Shown here in pieces: positions 34,483 to 45,521 of a stretch of DNA of 46,651 nucleotides. Where the stretch lies: NCBI GenBank assembly GCA_051942205.1, contig JAVECO010000022.1:124001-170651 (forward strand), read 5' to 3'. The translations under genes were made by a program, and so were the position numbers. The stretch's first letter is position 1; every line of letters starts with the position of its first letter. The stretch is from Coniocarpon cinnabarinum (Eukaryota). The notes under the pieces are model-generated. The model searched no databases, was not told the origin of the DNA, and saw nothing but the letters and a program-made list of their open reading frames with translations.

Positions 34483-37481
34483 ATGTCCCTTGCAACCGCG
34501 TCTGGGGGCAATTGGATTCGGGATATCAACGCCGTTCGCTTCGTCTCCCCCATCGCTCTCTTCCTATTCTTCGTTATCCTTTTCTGCGCCTACTCCATCT
34601 ACAACAGTCGAGTCTACAACGAGAGCTGTCTCGACACCAAAGTCTACTACGGCCCGGGAGGGAAAATCTTGCCCAAGAAGAAAGCTTCCCACCGTGCGGA
34701 CCTAAATGACACGAAGAATCTCGATTTCTCTCCGTGGCGCAAGAAGCTCTTTCAGGGCTTGCTGGCTCTTGTAGTTATATCTTTCGTCGCCAATGCCACT
34801 CTGGTGGTTCTCCGCGCTCTGGCGCAGCGAGGGGACGGATGGTGGTGTGGTGAAGCTTACACCGTAAGCCACGCAGAAGCACAGTGCCCTACGCGCCGCA
34901 GGAGACTGACCGTATGTTGCAGGTCTATGTGATAGGGAATTTCTTCGTTTACTCCTTGCTTCTGCTTTCGCTGTTCGATACGGAGCCATCTCCCAATGGA
35001 TGTCATGCCACTACCTGGATGTTTGCGTGCGTACTCGAGACGGCCATGTTAGCCCTCTCAATAGCGGTGTACTCCGGGAAGCACACCGAGCACCGGGTCA
35101 AGCAGCGTCCTGACCGGTGGGTCAAGAACATGACAGATTGGGAAGCAGCCCAAATCTTTGTCGACTCCTGTCGCGTGCTGGATCTTGCAGTGCTGTCCCT
35201 TCTCTACGTGGCTTTCGTGATCTCACGCAATCACCAACTTCGACAAGCAAAGGAAGCTTCAGAACGTGCCGGGCCTCAAGAAACGACAAGACTGCTGGAT
35301 GGCGCAGGCAGCCCCAACGGCCTGCCAAACGGTCTGCCCAACGGTCTTCCAAATGGCCAACCGAATGGAACACTGTATGGCACTACACAAGCCCAAGCAT
35401 CCACCAAGAATACCACCCCGGATATTGCAGGCTGGCAACGACCTGACAAGACACCAAAGCGGGGTTGGTGGGAGTACGTAAAAGGATATAAGATGTTCTT
35501 TCCCTACCTGTGGCCGGCAAAAGACAGGTACCTGCAATTACTCGTGCTTGCTTGTGTATTCCTGGTGATCATGGTCAGAGTGGTTAATATCTTGGTGCCG
35601 ATCGAGACCAGTATCATCACTGACATCCTTGCCGGCGAACATGGGCCTCCGCGACTGCCATGGGAGCATTTGCTGCTTTATGTCCTTTGCCGCTACCTTC
35701 AGGGCACCCAGGGCGTGCTCAACTCCATTCGGTCGGTTTTGTGGATCCCTGTCAGTCAGTACTCTTTTCGCGAAATGTCGGTGTCTTCCTTTGAGCATGT
35801 GCACACCTTGAGTCTGGATTTTCATCTTGGCAAGAAGACTGGCGAAGTCATGTCAGCCCTGAGCAAGGGTAATTCAATCAATACGTTCCTTGAGCAGGTC
35901 ACGTTCAGCGTTTTGCCAATGCTCTCTGATCTGATTGTTGCTATTGGATACTTTTTGATCAAGTTTGACACTTACTACGCCTTGGTCGTGACGGTCGTCA
36001 CTTTTTGGTACGTCTACATTACGATCCGAATCGCTCGCTGGCGTGCAGATATGCGTCGAGCAATGACAGACGCGGATCGCAATGAAGAGGCTGTCAAGAA
36101 CGATTCATTAGTCTCTTACGAGACTGTCAAATACTTTAATGCTGAGGCCTGGGAATTTAACCGTTATCGAAAGGCCGTTGTCGATTTTCAAAAGGCTGAG
36201 GCCACCGTGTTCCGATCACTGAATTGGATGAATGTCGCGCAGAACACGATATTCACTTTTGGTGTGCTGATTGTATCTTTCATCGCTGCTTACCAAGTTT
36301 CCAGTGGGCAGCGCCGGATTGGAGACTTCACGGCGCTCTTGCAATACATGTTGCAGCTCCAAGGGCCTTTGAATTTCTTTGGAACCTTTTACCGCAGCGT
36401 ACAGTCCTCGATGATTAACGCGGAGCGCTTGCTTGAGCTCTTCAAGGAGCAGCCGACTGTCGTCGACTCTGACAAGGCGCAGAAGATCGTGTCTTGCGAA
36501 GGGGCGATCAACTTTAATGAAGTTCAATTCGCGTACGACAAGCGCAAGCCAGCACTGAATGGTCTCACGTTCGACTGCAAGCCAGGCACGACCACTGCAT
36601 TGGTCGGAGAGTCTGGTGGTGGGAAGTCGACCGTGTTCCGTTTATTGTTCCGGTTTTATAACCAAGAGTCGGGCAGTATCCAAGTGGACGGTCACGATAT
36701 ACAAGATGTGACGATTGATTCACTCCGTCAACACATTGGGGTGGTGCCCCAAGACACGGTTCTGTTCAACGAGACCGTCATGTACAACCTCAAGTATGCA
36801 AACCAGAAAGCCACCGATGAAGAGGTGTACGAGGCGTGCCGCAATGCATGTATTCACGAAAAGATCATGTCTTTCACTGACGGGTACAATACGAGGGTGG
36901 GCGAACGAGGCCTGCGACTCTCGGGTGGTGAGAAGCAGCGTGTTGCGATTGCGCGCACTATTTTGAAGAATCCACGCATCATCATGCTGGACGAGGCCAC
37001 CGCGGCACTTGATAGTGACACCGAAGAGCACGTTCAAAAGGCTTTGAAGAGTTTGTCGTCGGGTCGGACGATGCTTGTGATTGCTCACCGCCTATCTACG
37101 ATTACGTCAGCGGATCAGATCCTGGTCGTTCGCAGCGGCAAAGTGGCCGAGAAGGGCTCCCACGACGAGTTGCTGGCGGTTAAGGGCCACTACGCAACGA
37201 TGTGGAAGAAGCAGGTGAGAGCGCAGAAGGCGGCCTGGGCCGCTCAAGAAGCCAAAGCCAAAGCTGAGAAGCTGAAGGCCGAGGCCGCTCAGAAGAGCCC
37301 CCCTCGATCCGGTGAGAACTCGGCAGACCACAGCGATGATGAGGCCATCAAGGCAATGTCCCAGGAGAGACCGCCGAGCTCACCAACGATCGAGCGTGTC
37401 CGGGGCTTTGCTCATTCGCGCAATGCGAGCTCGAGCAGCAACTTGGCCATGGAGATGAGCAAGCCACCAGGTCATCCATGA
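34483..37481 (+). CDS. HMT1: Hmt1/ABCB6-type half ABC transporter (heavy-metal tolerance)
   Basis: Extra N-terminal TM domain, LSLDFHLGKKTGEV, YETVKYFNAE, Walker A GESGGGKS, signature LSGGEKQR, Walker B IMLDEAT, H-loop AHRLST. Intron 34864-34922. Confidence 0.94.
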
Positions 37482-38693
37482 TTCGTATGCTCGCTCATAC
37501 CTATGTCGCATCGCTTCAACTTCGATGACATACTTTCGGCATCTGTGGAGATATGGAAGCAACCTGGTCCATTATTCATCCTTTTGCATTGCCCAAGCAA
37601 CACGTGACTTTCTGCACCGAGTCAACTCTGCTGCCGCTTTGAGCACAACTTACTCTAAGCATCACTCGTCATGCACGACATTATTCTCGTTCAACATTGA
37701 CCGCATCGTCTCCAGCATTTCTGGCGTTATATCCGCAGCGTCTTTGCGGATTCTTCCGGTTTCATACTGCAACTTGGAGTGACAATTCGCACCGTCACTT
37801 TTCACCGCCTTTCCACGACATTTCCTTGCGATGACAGATCGTTTCGGCATTGTCCAGCGACATTTGTCCACTCACTAGCATCAGTGAGCACCAGCATTGT
37901 CCACATTCAGCATGAGATATCCACACCTCCCTCTTCCCACAAAAGCGACCCGGTCTGCTCGGGGGTTACCGCTTGCGCCCGCTGCGGCGGCGTTACCCCG
38001 GAGTTTTCCCTCCGTTAATTAGATTTTGTTCCTCATGACCTTTCGTTGACGGGCCGGCGACTCGCAAGAGTCTGCCACGTCCGCGATGCCCGGTGACTTT
38101 GGCTGTTAGCCCCACCGGAAGACCACGATGAGTCTTGGCCCCCTGTGTGGGCGAGACGTGCGATTAGGAATCGCGTAATTAATGTATATGAGCATGACTG
38201 AATGACAATGAATTGTCGATACGACATTATGTGTCTTGTGTTTTTCGTGATGTCAAAATTGAACGGTGCGAGCGCTTTACTCATTGATGCTATGAGGATG
38301 AATATTGTCGCACCTCTGACCAGTCAGCGGTGCGGCGTCGTTCTGGCATGCATCAATCCTATTTTGCAGCTTGCGAAAGTTGAGAGGTGATCTCCTTTAC
38401 CCTCATGCTCTTTACATTTCTAGCCCTCCTTTGTCGAATAACTCATTCAACGTGATCTGTTTTCTTCACACATATTCGATGTCACTAACCGTGTTCCTGT
38501 AAACAGACTGTAAACGATCGATAAAGCGTACTCGTCTCTTCGCCGCTTACGGGATTCAAGACAGAGGCAAAGCAGCTGTCCATGTCTTACATTTTCTTCT
38601 GAAGCAGTGGTCGCGGCGTCGATCATTCTGGATAGCAATATGACTCTGTCAATGTCCGAGCTCTCGAGTTTTATAATTCCCAGCGCTCGATTT

Positions 38694-38742
38694 TCTCGTC
38701 AGTTTCGACGTCCTCTCGTCAGTTTCGACGTCCTCTCATCAG
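38694..38742. repeat. 20-bp tandem repeat (~2.5 copies)
   Basis: tctcgtcagtttcgacgtcc x2 plus partial tctcatcag; a further tttctcgtcag lies near 38782. Confidence 0.85.
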
Positions 38743-39309
38743 CTCGGATACTTCTCATATCGCGTCGAGTTGGCTAAGAGGTTTCTCGTCAGGACTAAAC
38801 CCCCCGAGTTAGATTGTCAGAACCCGAATCCTCAATTGAGGGTTCCAGCTTCAGGAATTCTTGAAGGGGTCTAGGTTCTTTGCGAGATTGGTACTTGATG
38901 TTGGATCTCTGTGCGGTTGATTCTCATTAGTCTATTTGAAGGCTTCTGAGATGCAGGCTTTCGAGAGCTAGAGCTTGATCTGAAGCAAGAGCTATAGCGT
39001 GAGCTTAGCTCCATTCACTGGGAGTATCTAGACTTTGAATCATCAAATGCGAAAAGACAGAGATAGAGAGTCTGACGTGGCTAAGAAGCGTGGTCATTTG
39101 AATATCAGATTCCCACAAGGCGTTGAATACTAGAATCCCACAAGGCGTGGAAACTCGCAGACACCACTTCCAAAGATATATCAAGCGATAGTAGCAATAA
39201 TTCAGGCTGGGAACGCCTTGCCACGAGGACAATTTCATGGAATTACAAGATGACAGGGTTCATGATACGAATGTCAGTGATACCTCCAAGCAGGTCCTGA
39301 AGCCATGCT

Positions 39310-39499
39310 CAGTGTGGTCAATGGTTCGGTTATCATTGGTTCGGTTATGGTTAACCATTAGGATATCGGTTGGTTCTTACTCTTATCGGTTTGGTTATGG
39401 TTAACCATTAGGATATCGATTTGGTTATTGCTCTTTATCGGTTTGGTTATGGCGCTACCGAACCGAAACCGAACCATGACCTAACCATTGACCACACTG
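39310..39499. mobile_element. 190-bp non-autonomous hAT-type DNA transposon (MITE)
   Basis: Perfect 17-bp TIR CAGTGTGGTCAATGGTT / AACCATTGACCACACTG; 8-bp TSD GCCATGCT (39302-39309) / GCTATGCT (39500-39507); subterminal GGTTCGGTT/AACCGAACC motifs and internal ~51-bp tandem units. Confidence 0.88.
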
Positions 39500-40544
39500 G
39501 CTATGCTTCAGCCCTGTTTCAATCACGTCTTCTCCATCTTCGAGCCCAATGACGTGGTGACGTGGACGTGACACGGACAGAATCAATACAAAATCACGAC
39601 AGAATGTAGAAGCGTCTCTTGCGAATTGAGAAAGAGAGTTGGGAAAGTGACTTGGAAGTACGGTAATCGAAAAATCAAAGGGATGCACTTGCGGCTTTGT
39701 CGCCGTCGCGATCTTCGTCAATGTACTGAAACTGGTCTTGCCGGTGGCTTGGCTATCACCCATCTGCGCCTTGACGACGTGAGAATTGGCTCGATGGAAC
39801 CGGGCTCACATGGGATCGGACTCACGTGTCTTCCATTTTCCTCCGATCATCTCAGCGAGCGCGTCGTGAAAGATGTGCAGTCCAAACAGGAAGCAGAAAC
39901 CAATTGATTGAGCTGTTTTAAAGTAATACGAAGGAAGGGCTGTGCAGGAGTATTTCTGCACATGCACGTCCAGCTTGGATCGTGGCGGATAGAGCTGAGA
40001 CTGTTGTATGAGACGGTTAAGATGAGATGGGACAGTCCACAGGTTATTTAAAGTATTGCGTGCTCTTGTATTTGGGAATGTTAGAAGTGCCAGAGCATAG
40101 TCGTCGACGTTGGGAACGCAACATAACTTTGCGTGAGCGAGGTAGTGACTCTGATGGCAAGCATGCTAGTGCATGGAGCATTTGTGACGAAGCATACATA
40201 ACCTGCATTAGCAATCTAATCGACCTCCGTGAGCAGATGAGCTCTGAGTTAGATCCAAAAATAACGATCCGCACACGTTCGGAGAGTATGATCCAGGCAA
40301 TATGAGAGTAAGCGAATGCATTCATGATTCTGTGCATCATTAGAGGTTTATCAACAAGCCATACCCATCCCTCTTGAAAGACCCAAGAGCGGGCTAAGTA
40401 TCCAAAAATCCGACAACTCCACCGCAATGCAAATCATGCAATAGAGGAGATACGAAAATATCCAAACCTCTGCTTGCTCTCCTTTCCCCTTTCCCCTTTC
40501 CTCGATGTTCATTCTCACAGTTGACGTGAAGGTGAGTAGAGATC

Positions 40545-42094
40545 TCACAACACCATCAATCCCACCAGCGCAACCACAACCGCAAAAGCACTGCCACCCA
40601 AACGCTCTTGCCCGGGCGCCTCCGACGTCGTCGTCCCTGTGCCACCACTCGAGTATCCACCATTGCTGCCCAGTCCCTGGCTGAAATCGCCATTCGTCCC
40701 GCCATTGACACTCGTGCTGCTGCCGCCCGCGCCCGGCGCGCTGTTAGCGCCGTTGTTGTTCGAGCTGCTGCTTTCACCGGCACTCGTGCCCTGGCCGCCA
40801 GCGCCACCACCGGGTACAGTCGCCACATTTGTGTTAACGGGGCCGGCGCTGGCTGAGGAAGAGGGCTTGTCGCCAGCAGGCGGATTGGGATCGACGCCCG
40901 GATCTTCGCCGGTGGCGAAAAAGGAATGCAGAATTTGGTTGTCGTCTGTGATGGCTATTGAGTTGTTCAGGCCTGCAATGTTGTTGTATGAGTACCCGTT
41001 CTTGCCCGTTACATTGGCGCCATCGGGCGGGTCGTAGCATTGCACGTTTACTTCTGTGATGAGCGCGGAATAGTAGCCATTTGACATGTAGGGTGAGTTC
41101 CAGTCGATGAGACCGCCGGCCCAATCGACGACGCCGTCGCCGTTTTTCGATTCGCCGGCGGGCCAGAGGGAGAGTTGGATTCGTGAGGGCGTTTGAGGGT
41201 ATTGAAAGCTGTTGGTGGTGGTGTTCCAGGTATCGGCTTTGTTGAGCGTGCGGAGGACATCCCCGTCGACGGCCCAGGTGAGCTTGTCGGGGGACCAGTC
41301 GATGCTGTATGTGTGGGTGTCAGAGTCGGTGCTTGAGGCTGTGAGGTTGACTTCGTTGGTGTAGTTGAGAGTGCCTAGGTCAGTCGCGTTAGCAGAATTC
41401 ATTTGGAGGTGATTAGCGTTGCGACTTGGGTTCATTGAACAGCATCGAGCGATGCGCGAGCGGGTCCTACGGGGGCGCAATGCTGCAGCGCTTGGAATAC
41501 ATGAATCCAAGATGACATACCTTGCCAATAGAAGTTGGATTGCGCATGACCATTATCCGATCCGATGAACTCAAAATCGATCTCATCCTTCACGTCCGAC
41601 ATCATGATAAACGCTGTGACCACGCCCTGTCCCCTACTCGTCTTCATTGTTGTCTCAATCTTGCCATACCACACATAATGTACCGAAGAGAGGAGTGTCC
41701 CCGCCGAGTTCGGTGGCATTGTGAGCAATATGCCATTATTGTATTGTTGCGGGGCGCCATCTGAAACCCAGTTGACGTCCTTGCTGTCGCCGAGGTACTT
41801 GGTATTAGGTATCACATCGTCGAGCGACGTGAGCTTGTAGTCGCTCGATTGACAAAGCGGTCGCGCAACGCAAGACTCGATGGAATGGCTGTACATCGGG
41901 TCACAACCTCCCAAGCAGTAGGCGCCTGCGCCGCATTGTCCGTACTGCGAGCAGCAGGGAGCATCTTCGGGACACAGCTTGTCCGGTCCGCATTGTGGGC
42001 TTTGATTTTGAACAGTTCCTTGGGCGCTGGCTGTGATGGCGAACAGCGCGCAAATAGAGAGGACCGACCCCAGCACACCTCCCGTGCTCCTCAT
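40545..42094 (-). CDS. UTR2: GH16 CRH-family chitin-glucan transglycosylase (Utr2/Crh2-like) with CBM18 and GPI signal
   Basis: Signal peptide, hevein/CBM18 CGPDKLCPEDAPCCSQYGQCG, catalytic DEIDFEF, YPQTPSRIQLSLWPAG, S/G-rich stalk and hydrophobic C-terminus. Intron 41375-41520. Confidence 0.92.
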
Positions 42095-43426
42095 GTCTCT
42101 GAATATGTTCCTGACGCTCCTCCTCTATGACTGAAATTTATCTCGGCTCTGAATTTTACTCGTCCAGGCTGCAATGAGCCGAGAGTCAACACTTTCAGTG
42201 ATTCTGTCAAGAGATCAGTCTCGGCTCAGAGCACGGATGCAGTTGACGAGTTTGACTGTCGGTGACGAATCGCCTCCAATTGTGATAAAGCAGCCTGGCG
42301 CAAAATGACAGGCTGTTCAATCGGGCAAAGGATCCAATGCAATGGGCTGCCGGAAACGTAAGAATGACGAAATAACTGTATATACAAGCGAGTGACAGGA
42401 AAAGCACAAAGAAGAAGAAGAAGAAGGAGAAGGGGCACAAGAAGAGGCGGCGAGGCTGTGAGGAATGCGAGATAAAAATGCAAACGATAGAGGGTGGAGG
42501 AGAGGAAGTCGTCTCGCCGCACGAGGGATGACCTGTCCCGAGCTCCGTGCGCTGACCAATCACATGAGCGCTGGATGAAACCCTCCAAGATGCCTGGCCC
42601 CAGTGGATCATCACGTGTGAACAGCGAGTATCATTCATTAAAGATGCGGGATTTTTGTGGGCATACCTTCTCTTCCCAACATTATCTGTTTCTATGAAAT
42701 TCAGCAAAGGCTGCAACGTGTTCCTGAACCTCCCATCAGCACAAAGGTGTTTGAATAGCGATGTCAGAAGCAGCACGATAGGCTGAAAGAGATACTTACG
42801 CTCAGTCTCTGCAAGCTCTCATGAAGACGTTGCGCACTCCACGGGATGGTTCCGTCTGTTCAGCAGGATCCAGAGATCTTATGCCATAGCGAGTGCTGCT
42901 CTTCCAGGCAGTCTCCCGATTTCGGCCCTCTGCAGGCGCATTTCCCCAACCAAGAATTGCTGACTTCTGGCAACTATATACTGCAGTCATCAAGGACTTT
43001 CATTTACAGTGACATCGTAGCCTTAAGGGTACAGTTCGCAAAATCTACATGCTGCGAAGTCATGGCCAGCCTGTCTCGACCGCTCCCTGCGGCGCAGGTA
43101 AGCCACGAGCAACTGTCATCCTGACATAAGTCTAGCACTGATTGCGCAATCATGGGATCTCCATTTGCAAGCCGACATATTACTGGGATGAAGCAGCAAC
43201 GTCGCAGAGCCATTCTTGTTTGCATCAAATGGTCATACTATGGCGTTCATTCATGTTTGAACATCCGCAGTAGAGTTTGCGATGACGATGAAATCCGGAA
43301 ATCGTCGTATGAAGGAGACCCCGTAGCTGAGCCTGCGTCGAAGTGTGACTGATCGCTGGAGTGGCGTCTCTTTATGATATGATAAGGTCGTAAAGTGTTC
43401 GCATGAAAATGTCCGCTGTGACTTCA

Positions 43427-45216
43427 CTAGCTCGCCTTACCAAAGTAACCTGTCAATTTATTCTTCTGCGCCGATTTCTGTGGAGATGAGTTCTTGGAGC
43501 TCGCATCCTTTGCTGGCTTCTCACCAATGCGCAAGACTGAAATTAGCTCTTCAAATTGTTCCTCAGGTACTATGCCACCACTTGCTTGCGGATGGCCTCT
43601 TGCGAATTCATCCCCAAGACGTGCGAGCAAGGTCCCGCTGGGATGCTGCTTTGCCAAAGCTTTCAGTTCAGAGATGATGTTGACTTCTACGTCGCTCACT
43701 TTGGACTCCTCGCCATCAGCGCCATCTCCTTCGTCATCCGTATGCCTAATGAGAGCAAAATGTCAGCAGGCAATATTCGAAAATGCTTGCCGTCGAATAT
43801 TTCAGCCAGCAAAAGTTACTCTCTCCAGTCCTTGAGGGTGCCATTGAGGGTAACACAGCAGGAGCATTCCACTCACCTCTCAACGACGGCATTTCCTTCG
43901 TGGGCTTTCGCAAGCCGTTCATTGGCGCCCTTCGCGATCCGACAGCTGAAGTTGACCTTCCCTGGAAGATACGCTGGATTCGCACAAATAACATACTTCA
44001 ACTTCTTTGCACTCTTCAAAGTGCCTGCCCATCTTGTTGCAATGACAGGATGAACTTGGCACTTCGATTCAATCCTCACCAGCGCCACCGTCGAGTCGTA
44101 GCTGAATTTGGGAGCATACGCTTGACAGCGAGCCACCTCAGCGTTGACCTCTTGTCTCGCTTCCTTGAGACGCGTGCTTTTCGGTCCTGAGACAACATCT
44201 TGAGGCAGCTCTGCCGGCAAAATAGATTCCCAAGCACTCTTCACGTCATACGTTCCAGTGCGTCTGGGCGCATTGAGTAACGATACGGCCTCATTTATGG
44301 CAGATCGTGACGCCTTTTCGAAGATGGGTGTTGGGTCGGGAAAGGGATCGCGCCACTTTAACGACGTGCCAAGATCTCCATGTGTACCAGTGACAGCTAG
44401 CCAAGCTATGCGATGCGATGGAGAAGACAAGTCCGACCGGAGAGTCTTACAGATTTCATAGGTAAGAAGAGCCGACGTTGCAACGGGGGGACAATCAAAC
44501 GCAGTGACCCATTCAGCATGTTCAGGGAATGTATCATCAACCGCAGAATGATGATCAATGATCAGCGTGCGAGTCGTGCTTGGAGGAGCAAGAGCAGGCG
44601 AGCGTGCACTTCCGTGATCGAGAACGAACAAATAACGCAGATTCGGCGATTCTTGCTCTTGAAATTCGTCACTGGAGCTGTCGGACAGCAAAGCAGCCAA
44701 CTGCGCACGCTGAGAATCATAATGTATGGTCTCGCCTTTCGGCAAAAGATGGACGTGGATCTTCGAAGAGTCCAAGCCTAGCGTTGTTAATGTGTGATGA
44801 AGAATAGCACCGGCCGAAAGACCGTCAGCGTCCTTGTCTGGGCAGATGACGGTAGTCGCATTCGAAGCAGCGCACTCGCGAATTATCTTCTGGACATTCT
44901 CGATTTGGTCCTGGCGGGCGGGCCAAACCACTTGTCCAGACTCATTGCGCCGTGTTGCACTATCGCAATATTCTTTTGATGATGGCTCCGCCTTGGGCTT
45001 GCCTCTCGAGCCGGTCTTGGGCTTTTTGGCGCTCGCTGGTGACTGGCTGAGCGATGCAGAGTCGGCATTGCGCTTAATGGATGCCATTGATCTCACGATA
45101 TTCTTGGAGCGCGCAAGAGCGAGTATAGAAGGGTGTGAAATCCTAAATTTAGATCTAGATAAGTGGATAGATCTATGAGGAAGTGCAGCGCATCTCGCAA
45201 ATGGTTTGTATATCAT
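43427..45216 (-). CDS. DHH-family phosphoesterase (RecJ/NrnA-like), 2 exons
   Basis: Motif I PDKDADG, motif II VLDHG, motif III IIDHH, motif IV GTHGD, and DHHA1-like VNFSCR...ARGHPQASGG. Intron 43746-43876 joins the two ORFs in frame. Confidence 0.88.
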
Positions 45217-45521
45217 GCGCCACCAACAAGGAAAGGACAGGACCGTTTCGATGCGGGCAAGAGGACGTTCTGCTATCTATTCCAAGGTAAAGTCCCTTGT
45301 GAGTTATGCGACGAGATACCGCGGCATGAAAAACATTTGCAAGACTCATTACAAGAACCATCAATTGATTGCTTGTAACCGTAAATAAATCCAAGCAGTC
45401 ACGTGCAAACCGCCATGACTCTGCCACATTTCGGCAAGGTCAGGTTTGAGCCACATCGAAGTACTCCCACCCGAATCAAATATCCAAGCTTTCACCATTG
45501 AGCGCACCAGCCGGTTTGAAG

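Noticed and set aside
35315..35370. NGLP x3 repeat in HMT1
   Set aside because: Ordinary low-complexity linker expansion.
39330..39450. Repeat-spacer look of the GGTT-rich array (CRISPR-like)
   Set aside because: The 'spacers' are near-identical, the context is eukaryotic with no cas genes, and the array lies inside TIRs, so it is MITE internal repeat.
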